Source of the DNA: an uncultured cyanobacterium
GTDB taxonomy: Bacteria; Cyanobacteriota; Cyanobacteriia; PCC-9006; JAAUQQ01
DNA: 64,000 nucleotides
Assembly (NCBI GenBank): GCA_963718615.1
Contig: OY970368.1
Span: forward strand, 1,248,001 to 1,312,000
Reading direction: 5' to 3'
The notes under the pieces: generated by a model
The model's input: the letters and a program-made list of their open reading frames with translations, nothing else
Databases searched by the model: none
Told to the model about the DNA's origin: nothing
Translations under genes and position numbers: made by a program
Part shown: positions 9,475 through 19,838 of the stretch, one piece after another
Layout: every line of letters begins with the position of its first letter
Numbering within the stretch: position 1 is the stretch's first letter

Positions 9475-11103
9475 TCACTCGGATTCGTCCTGGGAATTTT
9501 CTTCTAGCGAGAGAGATTGTTTGGGCCAGGTAAACCGGAAAGTCGTGCCCTGCCCTAGGGCCGAAATGACCTGGATTTCGCCCTGTTCTGTTTCAATAAT
9601 TTTTTTGACGATCGCCAGCCCAACCCCCGAGCTTTCCACCTGGTCACGGGACTGAAGCGTCTGAAAAATGCCAAAAATCTTATGGTGAAATCGCGGATCA
9701 ATCCCCGGCCCGTGGTCCCGCACTGAAAACTCATAGACTTCACCGCGATCGCGAACCGAAATTTCAATCTGGGCTCCATCGGTTTCGCTCCCATACTTAA
9801 TTGCATTACTCAGCAAATTTGTAAAGACCTGCAAGAGGGAAACCCGACGCGCTCTCAATACCGGTAAATTAGGCGCGACTTGAATCTGCACCTGAGGGGA
9901 CGGAGCGAGACTGTCAATCACCTCCTGGATGAGTGCTGATACATCTATAGTTGTCAGTGCTAAATTAGCTCGCCCCACACGGGAATAGTCCAAAAGCCCT
10001 GCCAGCAAGCCCTCTAGCCGATGAATTCGCTGTTGCATCAAGGACAAATGGCCTTGGCTCTCCGGGGGCAATTGGGGTCCTGCGTCTTCTGCAATCCATT
10101 CTGCTAGGCTGGCGATCGCCCGCAGTGGAGCCTTTAGATCATGGGAGGCCACGTAGGCAAACTGGTCGAGTTCCTCATTGCGCTCTTGAAGCTTAGCTGT
10201 CATCGTGGTGAGCTGTTGATTAAACCAGTTTAGCTCCTGGGCACGCCGTTCAATCTCCAGCCGAGCCTGTCGTTTGGAGGTGATGTCTGCGATCGAAATA
10301 ATAAAATAATCCAAGCTTCCGTTGTCAGCGCGGACCGTTGAAACCGTCACGCTCACCCAAACGCTGTGCCCCTCTCGATGGATATAACGTTTTTCTAAGG
10401 CGCATTCTTCAATCTCCCCCCTCAACAATTGCTGATGAAACTGCTCGTCCTGGGTATGGTCCGCTGGATGGGTAATCTCTCGAAACGTTAGCCCCGTTAG
10501 CTCGGCTGCTCGATAGCCCAGCAAGTCGCAAAAGGTTTGGTTGACGGCTAGCCACTGACCCTCCGGTGAGAGCCGAGCTAGACCGATCGCCGCTTGCTCA
10601 AATACGGCTCGAAAGCGCTTTTCGTTTTCCTTGATCTGCCACTCGATCTGTTTCCGCAGCGTAATATTTTCGAAGCTAATCCCTACACAACTGTAAGGCA
10701 AGGGAAACGCATGAATGGCAAACATGCCGCCCTGAATCTGTCCGTCTTCATAATATACTTCGCGATGCTGGGCAGGCAAAACCCGCTGGGCCACTGCACC
10801 ATAGAGCACGATCAAATCATTTTCCATAGAAGGAAAACAGGTACGGATAGACTGCCCCAGCCTCATTTCCAGGTCAAAATCTAAAATCTCTAGAGCCGCC
10901 GAATTACAGCTAGCGAGTCTTAGCTCAGCGTTCAGACCAGCTGGCTCCTCTTCCTCATTCCATTGCCAAACGATCAAGGGAACCGAGAGTTGGCCTAATA
11001 TTTCAGAGCAGATTTCTAGATTTTGTTGTTCTGGCAATCTAGAGTAATAACTGTGTAGAAAAGAAGAATCGACATCATTTGGAGAACCTAGCATGGCGTT
11101 CAC
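9475..11103 (-). CDS. Cytoplasmic PAS-domain histidine kinase
   Basis: RFRAVFEQAAIG..NQTFCDLLGY..ITHPAD..DIT (PAS/PAC); FAYVASHDLKAPLRAI. Confidence 0.9.
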   Translation of the reverse strand: MNAMLGSPNDVDSSFLHSYYSRLPEQQNLEICSEILGQLSVPLIVWQWNEEEEPAGLNAELRLASCNSAALEILDFDLEMRLGQSIRTCFPSMENDLIVLYGAVAQRVLPAQHREVYYEDGQIQGGMFAIHAFPLPYSCVGISFENITLRKQIEWQIKENEKRFRAVFEQAAIGLARLSPEGQWLAVNQTFCDLLGYRAAELTGLTFREITHPADHTQDEQFHQQLLRGEIEECALEKRYIHREGHSVWVSVTVSTVRADNGSLDYFIISIADITSKRQARLEIERRAQELNWFNQQLTTMTAKLQERNEELDQFAYVASHDLKAPLRAIASLAEWIAEDAGPQLPPESQGHLSLMQQRIHRLEGLLAGLLDYSRVGRANLALTTIDVSALIQEVIDSLAPSPQVQIQVAPNLPVLRARRVSLLQVFTNLLSNAIKYGSETDGAQIEISVRDRGEVYEFSVRDHGPGIDPRFHHKIFGIFQTLQSRDQVESSGVGLAIVKKIIETEQGEIQVISALGQGTTFRFTWPKQSLSLEENSQDESE

Positions 11104-11328
11104 AGGTCAACAAAAATGGAAGAAAGGGCAATGAGAAATGGATAATACAGAGGGGAAGCGTCGCAGGGTGGTCTAAGCGTAGCGACGACCTGTCTTTGGG
11201 CTTACTTCCCTGGGAAGATGTTGTAATCCTTTAGCTCTGGGATTCTATAAATTGTAATACCCTAGAGTGTAGAGTTTCTCTTCCTCCCCCGGAGACATAG
11301 AAACAGGGTTTTTAAGTAGAGGCTATTC

Positions 11329-12054
11329 ATGAGTAGACGGATTCGGATCGTACTAGTTGAAGACCATGACTTGACCCGATTGGGCCTACGGGCAGCATTG
11401 GGGCAATTTGAGGATATGGATTTTCTGGGGGAAGCCGCTACCGGACAGCAGGGGTTGTCCTTGCTGAAATCCTACCAGCCGGATGTTGCCCTGGTTGATA
11501 TTGGCTTGCCCGATATTGATGGGGTAGAGCTGGTTCGTCAGTTTCGGGAGTTTCAGCTAGAGCAAGAAGGAGAGCACAAAACTCGGGTCTTGATGCTGAC
11601 CATGCATGATAGCGAAAAGGCGGTTCTGGCGGCGTTTGCTGCTGGGGCAGATTCCTACTGTACGAAGGAGATTGATACCCAAGATCTGGCCCATGCGATT
11701 CGCGAAACCCAAGAGGGGAATGCTTGGATTGATCCGGCGATCGCCCGCATCGTTCTAGGTCAGGTCAAACCCCAGCCCGTATCTAGTGGTTTGGGTAATC
11801 GTCAACGCACCGTTGAGATTCAGGCCGTTGAACCTGAGTATGAACAGATTATTGACGCTTACCCGTTGACGGAGCGGGAGCTGGAAATTTTGTCGCTTAT
11901 TGTCCAGGGATGCAGCAATGCCAAGATTGCAGAGCAACTCTACATTACTGTGGGTACGGTCAAAACCCATGTTCGCAACATCCTCAATAAGCTAGGCGCT
12001 GACGATCGCACTCAAGCAGCAGTGCGAGCCCTGCGGTCGGGCCTGATCAACTGA
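11329..12054 (+). CDS. NarL/LuxR-family DNA-binding response regulator
   Basis: REC (VEDH, LVDIGLP) plus LTERELEIL..GCSNAKIAEQLYITVGTVKTHVRNILNKL HTH. Confidence 0.93.
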   Translation: MSRRIRIVLVEDHDLTRLGLRAALGQFEDMDFLGEAATGQQGLSLLKSYQPDVALVDIGLPDIDGVELVRQFREFQLEQEGEHKTRVLMLTMHDSEKAVLAAFAAGADSYCTKEIDTQDLAHAIRETQEGNAWIDPAIARIVLGQVKPQPVSSGLGNRQRTVEIQAVEPEYEQIIDAYPLTERELEILSLIVQGCSNAKIAEQLYITVGTVKTHVRNILNKLGADDRTQAAVRALRSGLIN

Positions 12055-12722
12055 TCGTTGTAATGATAATTCCTGAATCCTCTGGTCTGATATGGGTCGC
12101 CTCGATTGGTAACAACTCATCAGGTTAGGGGTTTTCTTTGAATTTGAATCTGACGTTAACTTTGGCGTTGGCTTTCGTTCAAAAATTAGGGATAGACAGA
12201 ACACTGGAACCTCCTAGCATCGTCTTCTAGCGTTATCTTCGATGGTGTTGTAAGACATTATCGAGATGAGTTTTGGACGAAGAATTGGCGAGGAGTTCTT
12301 GTGTGCTCACCGGAGTTATCCTGGTCCGACGGTGAAGCATTCCTATTGTGGAATACTGTCAACAACAGAATAGCATCTCGAATGGAAGAGGCTAAGTAGA
12401 GAATTCCCTCTATTTGTTCGGTTTTCTGCCCCTGTGGAGATGTCTATAACTGACGTATCTTGCTTATTTATAGGGTGGAAGACCGCTTTCTTTACTTGAC
12501 CTAGGGAACTGAAGAAGGTGTTATTTTCAGTTCCCACGAAAAAGTGCCTTTGAAGTTCTTCTTAGGGGGTTTTCCTAGGGAGCTGAATGCAAAAATGTAC
12601 CACAAAAATAATATAATAGCAGGATAAGCGTAAGCGTTGAATCGCCAGAAAATCGACTAAAGGCCTAGGAGCGATTGCCTACGGTATTCCTAGACCTTGT
12701 TAATTTTTAAGGCATAACTAGA

Positions 12723-13097
12723 TTAGATAATACCTGTGCCTTCCTGCCGCTCATCTTGATTCATCCGCAGTTTACCCGATTCATCAGTTTGATTAATAGC
12801 CGTGAGCTGTTCTTGGCGTTCGGTTTTGAGCGCTGCTTCTTTCTCTTTTAGGTCGCCAGGTTCTTCGTAATACATTTCTGGTTCAACCGCATAGTTATTC
12901 ATCAAACCCTCGCGATCCATGGTATAGCCACCCGTTGTGTCAATGGCATCGGCATCGGCTACATCTGAGCCTTCAGGCATGTGCTTAAAATTTTCGCCTT
13001 CCCGCTCGATCCGAGCAGCGGTCTCAGCAGGGATGATGCCGCGATCATAGCCATCAGATTTAACGTCGCTGTTAGAATTGATAGGAGCAGGACTCAT
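12723..13097 (-). CDS. Acidic hydrophilic hypothetical protein
   Basis: ORF with GAGAGG before ATG 13097; a hairpin follows at about 12659-12698. Confidence 0.7.
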   Translation of the reverse strand: MSPAPINSNSDVKSDGYDRGIIPAETAARIEREGENFKHMPEGSDVADADAIDTTGGYTMDREGLMNNYAVEPEMYYEEPGDLKEKEAALKTERQEQLTAINQTDESGKLRMNQDERQEGTGII

Positions 13098-13223
13098 AGA
13101 AAACCTCTCGGTGTATTTATTACTGGCTATCATCGCTTGAAGTAGCTGGTACAGTATCTATCCAGCGATTTAGTTCGACTTATTCCGCAAGACTGAGCTT
13201 ATAGAAGTTGACATTTTCTCGAC

Positions 13224-13487
13224 TCACTTTAGGGGGGGCTCCTGTAGGATATCAGGTGTCGAAATAGCGGGTTTAGCCAAGGGCTTATCGATTGTTTCTA
13301 GGGTTTGAATAAGTTGAAGTGAATAAAGAATGCCACCTAAAACCGTAGCAAGCGAGATAAAAAACAGGCCAAATAAGCAAGAACTGACGGGTAGTCTAGG
13401 ATGGGAGAATTCCGTTCTGTTTTGAGAAGGCAATTCACAGTCTGCTGTTTCGGTCTGCACATTATTATTGGGCTTTTCGGGAATCAT
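13224..13487 (-). CDS. Small hypothetical single-TM protein
   Basis: 87-aa ORF, one hydrophobic segment. Confidence 0.45.
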   Translation of the reverse strand: MIPEKPNNNVQTETADCELPSQNRTEFSHPRLPVSSCLFGLFFISLATVLGGILYSLQLIQTLETIDKPLAKPAISTPDILQEPPLK

Positions 13488-13924
13488 TGCATTGGTAGAT
13501 TATTTCCTTTTTTGCGTAGAATTGAATTTTTGACACAGATTTGATACAGCGCCTTGATCCAGGTGCTTTCCTATAGGTTGCCTATAAACTGAAAGTATGT
13601 CATGGACCTGTTGGTCACGACCTATAGCCTAAGAGCGACATTAATAAGATATGTAAAGACTTAGGTGGATCGTGAATTTAATGGGCTGATTTAGAGTTTA
13701 AGCAGTCTGGTATTTAGGGATTTTGTCCCTCTCTCAGCACAAAGAAGCATAGAGACTTGAAAGGAGAATAGTTGACTTCTTTCTCAAGGGAGAGCGAAAT
13801 TCCAAAATCCTATGGTTTGATAGAAACAAGATTTGAAACTCTCAAATAAACGCCACAAGGAAAATGGTTTTACAAGCCAGCCGAGTTGGCTCTTATCCAT
13901 AATCAAAAAATACGGAGGTCTTCC

Positions 13925-14095
13925 ATGCTTAGATGGGCACTTGTTTTCTTCATCGTTGCACTGATTGCTGGTTTTCTGGGATTTGGTGGTCTTGCTGCCG
14001 GTGCCGCTGGTATTGCAAGAATCCTGTTCTACATCTTCTTAGCAATTTTCCTGATTTCTTTGATTACAGGCTTAGTCAGTCGGCCAACGCTCTAG
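13925..14095 (+). CDS. DUF1328 (YtjA-like) small membrane protein
   Basis: [35 protein letters not shown]; GGAGG upstream. Confidence 0.9.
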   Translation: MLRWALVFFIVALIAGFLGFGGLAAGAAGIARILFYIFLAIFLISLITGLVSRPTL

Positions 14096-14198
14096 ACTTC
14101 TAGATGGATATTTTCTTGTTACCAAGCTTCTCCCTTGCAACGTTACGAGCGAAATTCAGCAAAGTGTTAGTTTCTGTTGATTGATTGGTTGACTGAAT

Positions 14199-14223
14199 AA
14201 CCCGCAGCTTTGGTTGCGGGTTT
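14199..14223 (+). terminator. Intrinsic terminator after DUF1328
   Basis: AACCCGCA-loop-TGCGGGTTT. Confidence 0.65.
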
Positions 14224-14271
14224 GTCCATTTTTATCCAGTTGTTGCTCTCTTCTAAATCCTCAGCTTTTTA

Positions 14272-15618
14272 ATGATGAATGATAGATTAGCTCAAGCTAA
14301 AGTACTCAAACAACATCTCCTTGAGTTTGTGTTTGGCGCAGATGGTGCGCTGGCTGAGGCTCTGGAACGCTGGAGCGCAAAGCAGTCCGCCCAACTAAGT
14401 CAATCCCAATTTCAGCAGGGAGGTGTATTAACGGATTTTGTCGTAGATAGCTTCATCACCCAATCTAAGCAAGGTCAGCCTATTGCTGAGTTTCTTCAGC
14501 AACATCCCGATTTGTCGCCTGAAGAACAGCAGCTCTTGCAATCGTGGGAGCGTTCTTTTTTAGGTTTATTTGAGATCGATGAAAAGACTCCGGAAGGCTA
14601 CTTGCTATTGCGTAACTGGTTGACTGCTCAGTCCTATCGAGTTTATCCTAACGGTTCTGAATCTCCAGATTTGCTTAAGCGAATGCAGCCTAGGGGAATT
14701 TTGATGAGTCGTATTTCTCCCCTAGATTCTGAACATTGGTTTTTGTCGGGTCCAAACCTCTTTTTGGGGGCCTTAGGAAAACCCAAATTAGCCATGGCCG
14801 TGGGAAACTTTAAGCGCTATCATCCTGATTCCCTATACGAAGATGCTCCTGAGCTTTTAGAAGAGGCTTGGCGATCTGTTGTTCAGCATTATCGGGATTT
14901 TGTGGATTACTTTGGCAGCGATCGCCTCACTCTCCCCGGTCCCAAGCTTTCTCAACAGCTCACTGCATTCCAAGATGCCCTAGCGCAACAAAAAATGGAC
15001 CAAGCGGGCGTTGATGAGCAAACCTCGATTCAGGAGCTGGCTCAAAAATCAGGAACTAATCTCTCTGCTGTCGAAGAAGCGGCGGAAAATGTAGGAGCTA
15101 ACCTAAAGACAGTATCGAGTGTGTTGCAATCTCAAGGTAAACCTCGCATGGCTCCCATAGAACTTGAAGTGCCAGAACATTTACGGCGAGCTGAGCAAGT
15201 AACGCTGTTGGTTCATCCCGAATGGGGTCAGGCATTTTTGGATAACTATGCCCAGATTCAATCACTATTAACTGAACTACCGGTGGCTGTGGGCGATCGC
15301 CAAACAGAACTCACCCAAATGCTGCATGCTCTATTAAGCAAATCAGAGCTAAGTCCCTATGTATGGTATCACTTCGCTCAGGAAATGCCGCAAAACTTTA
15401 GCGCAGCCTTTGCTATTCTGCTTCAGCAACCCAACTGGCAATCCACCGAATTACCGCAGGTTTTAGAGTCCTTTGGTCATCGCGCGGAGCCAGTGCTTCC
15501 GGAAGTTGCCAATCTTCCGGTTCACCTCAACGAGCTGTTTCAAACGGCAATGCTTGACCTGACAAAGGGACGAGCAAAAAACAAAAAACAAGCGAAAAAA
15601 AAACAGGGTTTTGGTTAG
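14272..15618 (+). CDS. Hypothetical protein (448 aa)
   Basis: Long ORF ending in a KKKQGFG tail; no recognised catalytic motif. Confidence 0.75.
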   Translation: MMNDRLAQAKVLKQHLLEFVFGADGALAEALERWSAKQSAQLSQSQFQQGGVLTDFVVDSFITQSKQGQPIAEFLQQHPDLSPEEQQLLQSWERSFLGLFEIDEKTPEGYLLLRNWLTAQSYRVYPNGSESPDLLKRMQPRGILMSRISPLDSEHWFLSGPNLFLGALGKPKLAMAVGNFKRYHPDSLYEDAPELLEEAWRSVVQHYRDFVDYFGSDRLTLPGPKLSQQLTAFQDALAQQKMDQAGVDEQTSIQELAQKSGTNLSAVEEAAENVGANLKTVSSVLQSQGKPRMAPIELEVPEHLRRAEQVTLLVHPEWGQAFLDNYAQIQSLLTELPVAVGDRQTELTQMLHALLSKSELSPYVWYHFAQEMPQNFSAAFAILLQQPNWQSTELPQVLESFGHRAEPVLPEVANLPVHLNELFQTAMLDLTKGRAKNKKQAKKKQGFG

Positions 15619-16064
15619 GAGACTTGAGGGGGAGAGGTCGGAGGAGGGGCGTTGCGACCTGTTTTGGGAATGGATTCCGGGTTGCGAACTTGGGGAGGCT
15701 GTTCTAAAACGACAATTAAACCTGTTCTAGCCGTGTCTAAACTAGAATCAAGCATAATATCTTGGACTTCTACCTTCAAAATCTCTTCCAGCAGGTCTTT
15801 GACTTCGGATTGGAAGACCTCGTTAACTTTCTCACGGGCTTTGACGGCAAGATCTTCTTCTTGCTGATCATCTCCATGTTCTAACAGAACCTGTTCTGTT
15901 GGGCTAAGCGAATTCTCAATGACGATCGCTAATTTGCTTTCAAACAGTTGCGCCACAATCTTACCGGGCTGGTGACCCAGCAGCTTGCGGTAGAGCGCAT
16001 TAATGCCCTGGGATATTGCCCGCTCTAATTGTCCAGCGGTTATGTCTTGCCGATGATTTTCCAT
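15615..16064 (-). CDS. DUF2294 (MpsC-like) domain protein
   Basis: GQLERAISQ..LYRKLLGHQP..IENSLSPTEQ..RTG pattern; GGAGG upstream. Confidence 0.8.
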   Translation of the reverse strand: MENHRQDITAGQLERAISQGINALYRKLLGHQPGKIVAQLFESKLAIVIENSLSPTEQVLLEHGDDQQEEDLAVKAREKVNEVFQSEVKDLLEEILKVEVQDIMLDSSLDTARTGLIVVLEQPPQVRNPESIPKTGRNAPPPTSPPQVS

Positions 16065-16299
16065 CTCCTTGCCTCCAACCGTCCCCAGTGACGATCTTTA
16101 ATGTTCCATCATCATACGTCGTCGCTGCTCAATCCTCTATGGGGTTGGAACAATGGTCTGTCTAGAATTTATCATCTGAGACAAAATTTAATCCAGAACT
16201 GGGTCGCTTCGCTCTAGGGAAGGATGTGGATTGGGCGGGCTAACCGTTACTTTGGTATCCGTAAGAACTTGCTAAAGCGAGAATCTCTGAGGTACAATC

Positions 16300-16554
16300 A
16301 TGGCAGACCCTAAAACCTTGAATGATGGCGATCAGGTCAATGATCCCAACCAAAGCTTAGAATCAAAAAAACGTCAGCTTGCGGTTGATACAGGCGATAT
16401 TACAGGCGAGCACATCCAAGTGCCGACCTATGTGATAGTTGAAGATGAAGAAGGTGAGGAGAAAGCGTTGCATCACATCAAGGATGCAGAAGAGATTTCC
16501 GATGTGATTCGGCAGGCGAGGGTTGATGATCAAGGCGAACGGATTTGGCCCTAG
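16300..16554 (+). CDS. Small acidic hypothetical protein
   Basis: GAGG plus ATG; terminator-like hairpin at 16614-16648. Confidence 0.75.
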   Translation: MADPKTLNDGDQVNDPNQSLESKKRQLAVDTGDITGEHIQVPTYVIVEDEEGEEKALHHIKDAEEISDVIRQARVDDQGERIWP

Positions 16555-16740
16555 GCTAACTATAGGTTGGTGAAACCTGCAGACAGGTGTTAGTTGTAAT
16601 CTCCATTAGTTTTAAAGTTGGGGCATAGCGTTATTATGTCCTAACTTTGTACCAAACTCTGATTTTGGTCAATGAATGGTTAACCAATTGCGATCGCCAC
16701 GCCTCATCCCTTAAACGTATTCTTTTCAATATTTTGGCTC

Positions 16741-17667
16741 ATGCAGGCACTTGTTAAAGAAATCAATTCTACTCTGCTTAATTTGGTCGGTCGCTGCATT
16801 GAGATTATCCCAGGTGTTCTAATTAGCATTGCTATTTTAGTCGCAACTCGTTTTCTTGCAGATGTTATCCGCCGCTCCGTGGCTCGCCTAGGAAGACGAA
16901 CGCTGAAAAATGTGTCGCTGCGAACTCTTCTTACCCAAATTAGTTTTGTTACAACCTGGGTGGTTGGCATTATCGTTGCGGCTGTTATTGCTTTTCCTGG
17001 GCTAGATTTGAGTAGCATTGTTGCACTCTTAGGCTTAGGCTCGGTTGCTGTGGGCTTTGCCTTTCAAGATATTTTTAAGAATTTTCTTGCAGGCGTGCTA
17101 CTTCTCCTTCAGGAGCCGTTTAATCTTGGGGACCAAATTATTGTCAGTGACTATGAAGGAACTGTAGAATCGATTGAGTTACGATCGACTCAGATTCGTA
17201 CTTATCAAGGGGAAGTTGTTGTTGTTCCCAATTCCGTTGTTTTTACCAATCCAGTTCAAGTGCTCACGGCCCGTGCTCAGCGACGCACCGATCTAGCCAT
17301 TGGGGTTGACTATAATACTTCCTTAGCAGAGGCGATTGAGATTTTGCTACGCGCAACAGACTCTGTAGAAGGTGTTTTAAGCGAGCCAGAAGTAGAAGTT
17401 GATGTTGTTGCCTTCGGCGATAGCTCGATTGATTTTCTTGTACGCTATTGGACTGCCCCACAAATGAAAAATGTGCGTAAGATTAAGACCCAGGTAATGC
17501 TAGCTGTGAAGCAATCCTGTGATCAAGCGGGCATTAGTATTCCCTACCCCATTCGTAGTCTTTATTGGTATGACCAAGCCGCTTTTAATGAAACAACATC
17601 TCGTGAACCTTCAATAGAAAGAAACGGGCATAAAATGATTAATCGTGACTTTGCAGGTGAAGCCTAG
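16741..17667 (+). CDS. Mechanosensitive channel, MscS family
   Basis: GFAFQDIFKNFLAG, PFNLGDQI, GTVESIELRST, VVPNS, IPYP. Confidence 0.92.
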   Translation: MQALVKEINSTLLNLVGRCIEIIPGVLISIAILVATRFLADVIRRSVARLGRRTLKNVSLRTLLTQISFVTTWVVGIIVAAVIAFPGLDLSSIVALLGLGSVAVGFAFQDIFKNFLAGVLLLLQEPFNLGDQIIVSDYEGTVESIELRSTQIRTYQGEVVVVPNSVVFTNPVQVLTARAQRRTDLAIGVDYNTSLAEAIEILLRATDSVEGVLSEPEVEVDVVAFGDSSIDFLVRYWTAPQMKNVRKIKTQVMLAVKQSCDQAGISIPYPIRSLYWYDQAAFNETTSREPSIERNGHKMINRDFAGEA

Positions 17668-17705
17668 CCAGAGATAAACTGGTTAATAAAACTGACTTAA
17701 CTCCT

Positions 17706-17738
17706 AACTCCCTCTCTCAATATTCGAGAGAGGGAGTT
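17706..17738. terminator. Bidirectional terminator between convergent genes
   Basis: AACTCCCTCTCTC-loop-GAGAGAGGGAGTT perfect 13-bp stem. Confidence 0.75.
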
Positions 17739-17799
17739 TAGCCTGATAATTTAGGTTGTGTGGTTTGAACTGTCGTTCAGATTGTGCCCTTTTTCAAGG

Positions 17800-18066
17800 T
17801 TATAGCTGCGAAGAGGTATCGGGGGATATCTCGATACCACCTAAGGCTTGCGATCGCTTGCGATCAGTAATTAAATCCTGAATACTCTCGATATCTACCC
17901 CCATTTCCTCTCCGGCTTGTTGCAACGCTGCGAAAAAAGTATCTAGGTCTGAACCATATCCGCATTGATCTGCTGCCATTTCTATGCCTTGGGGCGCATT
18001 GGCTTTTGCGCAGTCAACGAGGTCAATTCCCTGTAACGGTTTTTTTGCACTCATTTTTGCACTCAT
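17800..18066 (-). CDS. Small hypothetical protein
   Basis: 88-aa ORF; start duplicated (MSAK MSAK) by a 12-nt tandem repeat. Confidence 0.7.
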   Translation of the reverse strand: MSAKMSAKKPLQGIDLVDCAKANAPQGIEMAADQCGYGSDLDTFFAALQQAGEEMGVDIESIQDLITDRKRSQALGGIEISPDTSSQL

Positions 18067-18294
18067 TAAGATTAACTAAATCGTACCTAATTTTATCGAT
18101 TCTAATCCTAGAGAATTAATTTGTTCATCCCTCTTGTGACAGAGAAAAATAAATCTTATTGTCTAATTTTTTTGCCTAAGCTCTATTTCTTAATAGGCAG
18201 TGAATAGATTAGAAAAGATCTGTCTCTAATCAGATGTAACTGATTTGTTATTTTGATTCAATGGTTTTGTTACTAGATGTAATAGGAGATTTCT

Positions 18295-18837
18295 GTGAAA
18301 AGCATTAATATTGGATTGAATCAAGAACAGCGCCAGGGTGTCATTGATCTATTGAACCAAGATCTCTCAGATGCTTATTTGCTCTTGGTCAAAACGAAGA
18401 AGTATCATTGGGACGTGGTTGGACCTCAGTTCCGCACGCTTCATCAACTCTGGGAAGAACACTACGAAGCACTGACAATTAACGTTGACGCCTTTGCCGA
18501 GCGGATTCGGATGTTAGGGGGGTATCCTATCGGCACTGCTGAAGGTTTTCTTAAGCATGCAACCTTGCGAGAGCATCCTGGTGATTTGCCCAGGGCTAGT
18601 GAGATGGTTGCTCGACTTGTGGTTGATCATGAGCAGGTGATTCGTAACCTGAGGGAGCATATTGATGCTTGTTCTGAGCAATATCACGATGAAGGTACAG
18701 CAGATTTTCTCACGGGATTAATGGAACAGCATGAAGAGATAGCTTGGATGCTGCGTTCGTTTCTTGAAGGCGACAATTTGATGGCGAGTGGCGATCGCAC
18801 CTCTGCAAAGTCAGTCAAAGTGCCAGCAGATGTCTAG
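18295..18837 (+). CDS. dps: Dps family DNA-protection ferritin-like protein
   Basis: YHWDVVGPQFRTLHQLWEEHY, DAFAERIRMLGG, HEEIAWML; AGGAGA before GTG. Confidence 0.93.
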   Translation: MKSINIGLNQEQRQGVIDLLNQDLSDAYLLLVKTKKYHWDVVGPQFRTLHQLWEEHYEALTINVDAFAERIRMLGGYPIGTAEGFLKHATLREHPGDLPRASEMVARLVVDHEQVIRNLREHIDACSEQYHDEGTADFLTGLMEQHEEIAWMLRSFLEGDNLMASGDRTSAKSVKVPADV

Positions 18838-18964
18838 AAAGTAAGAAAGTAGAGGTCTAGAAAGCAGATGTTGAAAAAACGGCGGAGGTGAGAAAACTTC
18901 ATCATCTGTCTCATCTGTTATCAAGAACTAGTCTTAGAAGCAGCAAAATGGTAGGAGAATTTCA

Positions 18965-19732
18965 ATGGCTACAGATTACAAAGTCGAACGCTCAATTTCT
19001 GCAATTTTTTCAACAGAAGAGCAAGTGAATCGAGTGATTCATCGTTTGTTAGACCGCAATATTTCGCGCGACCATCTTTCGGTCATGGGTCGTAACTTTC
19101 AAACCGAAACTCGAATTTCTGGCTTTTTAACCAAGCGGGATGTGATTATAAGTGGTCTGAAGTCAGGCGCAATTTTTGGCTCGCTCTTCGGCTCTTTTTT
19201 GGCCCTTCTAAGTGGTGTTGGCGTCTTATTTATTCCGTTTATTGGCCCTGTTGTGGCCGCAGGTCCCCTTGGAGCCATTTTGCTAGGCGCAACCAGTGGT
19301 GCCTTGGCTGGGAGCGCTGGGGCTGGTCTAGTTTCCGTGCTGATGGCCTACGGGATGCCTGAAGAGAAGGCAACCCTTTATCAGACACGACTAAAGGCGG
19401 GAGATTTCATGGTGGTTGCGGAAACATCTGCTGATCGGACTGGTGAAATTCAGATTTTACTGGAAAGCGAAGGGGGGGAAGAAATTCACATCAATCAGCA
19501 AGCCTTACCGCTTCCTTGTCCCAGCAACTGTGAGAGTATCGATGATCTTTCTCCAGAAATCCGTTCCCATCTCTCTAGGGAAGCTCAGCAAGAATTCATG
19601 AGCCATTATAATACGGTTCTTAAGCAAAGCGACGATGCCATAAAGGCCGAAGAAGCTGCTTGGGACTATATTCGCGAACGCTATGCCGAGGATGAAAATG
19701 GCGTTTGGTCTCGCGTAAAGGTGATGGCCTAG
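18965..19732 (+). CDS. General-stress-protein-like membrane hairpin fused to a C-terminal ChaB-like domain
   Basis: Gly-rich [14 protein letters not shown] hairpin; C-terminal [31 protein letters not shown]. Confidence 0.7.
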   Translation: MATDYKVERSISAIFSTEEQVNRVIHRLLDRNISRDHLSVMGRNFQTETRISGFLTKRDVIISGLKSGAIFGSLFGSFLALLSGVGVLFIPFIGPVVAAGPLGAILLGATSGALAGSAGAGLVSVLMAYGMPEEKATLYQTRLKAGDFMVVAETSADRTGEIQILLESEGGEEIHINQQALPLPCPSNCESIDDLSPEIRSHLSREAQQEFMSHYNTVLKQSDDAIKAEEAAWDYIRERYAEDENGVWSRVKVMA

Positions 19733-19838
19733 TTTAGCTAAAAATTTTAGCTGAGTTTAAAACCTTATCTTGCCTAACTCTCTGTTTAACTCTTGCCTTA
19801 ACTTTCGACTTAACTCTTTGCTTAACGATAGGTTTTCT

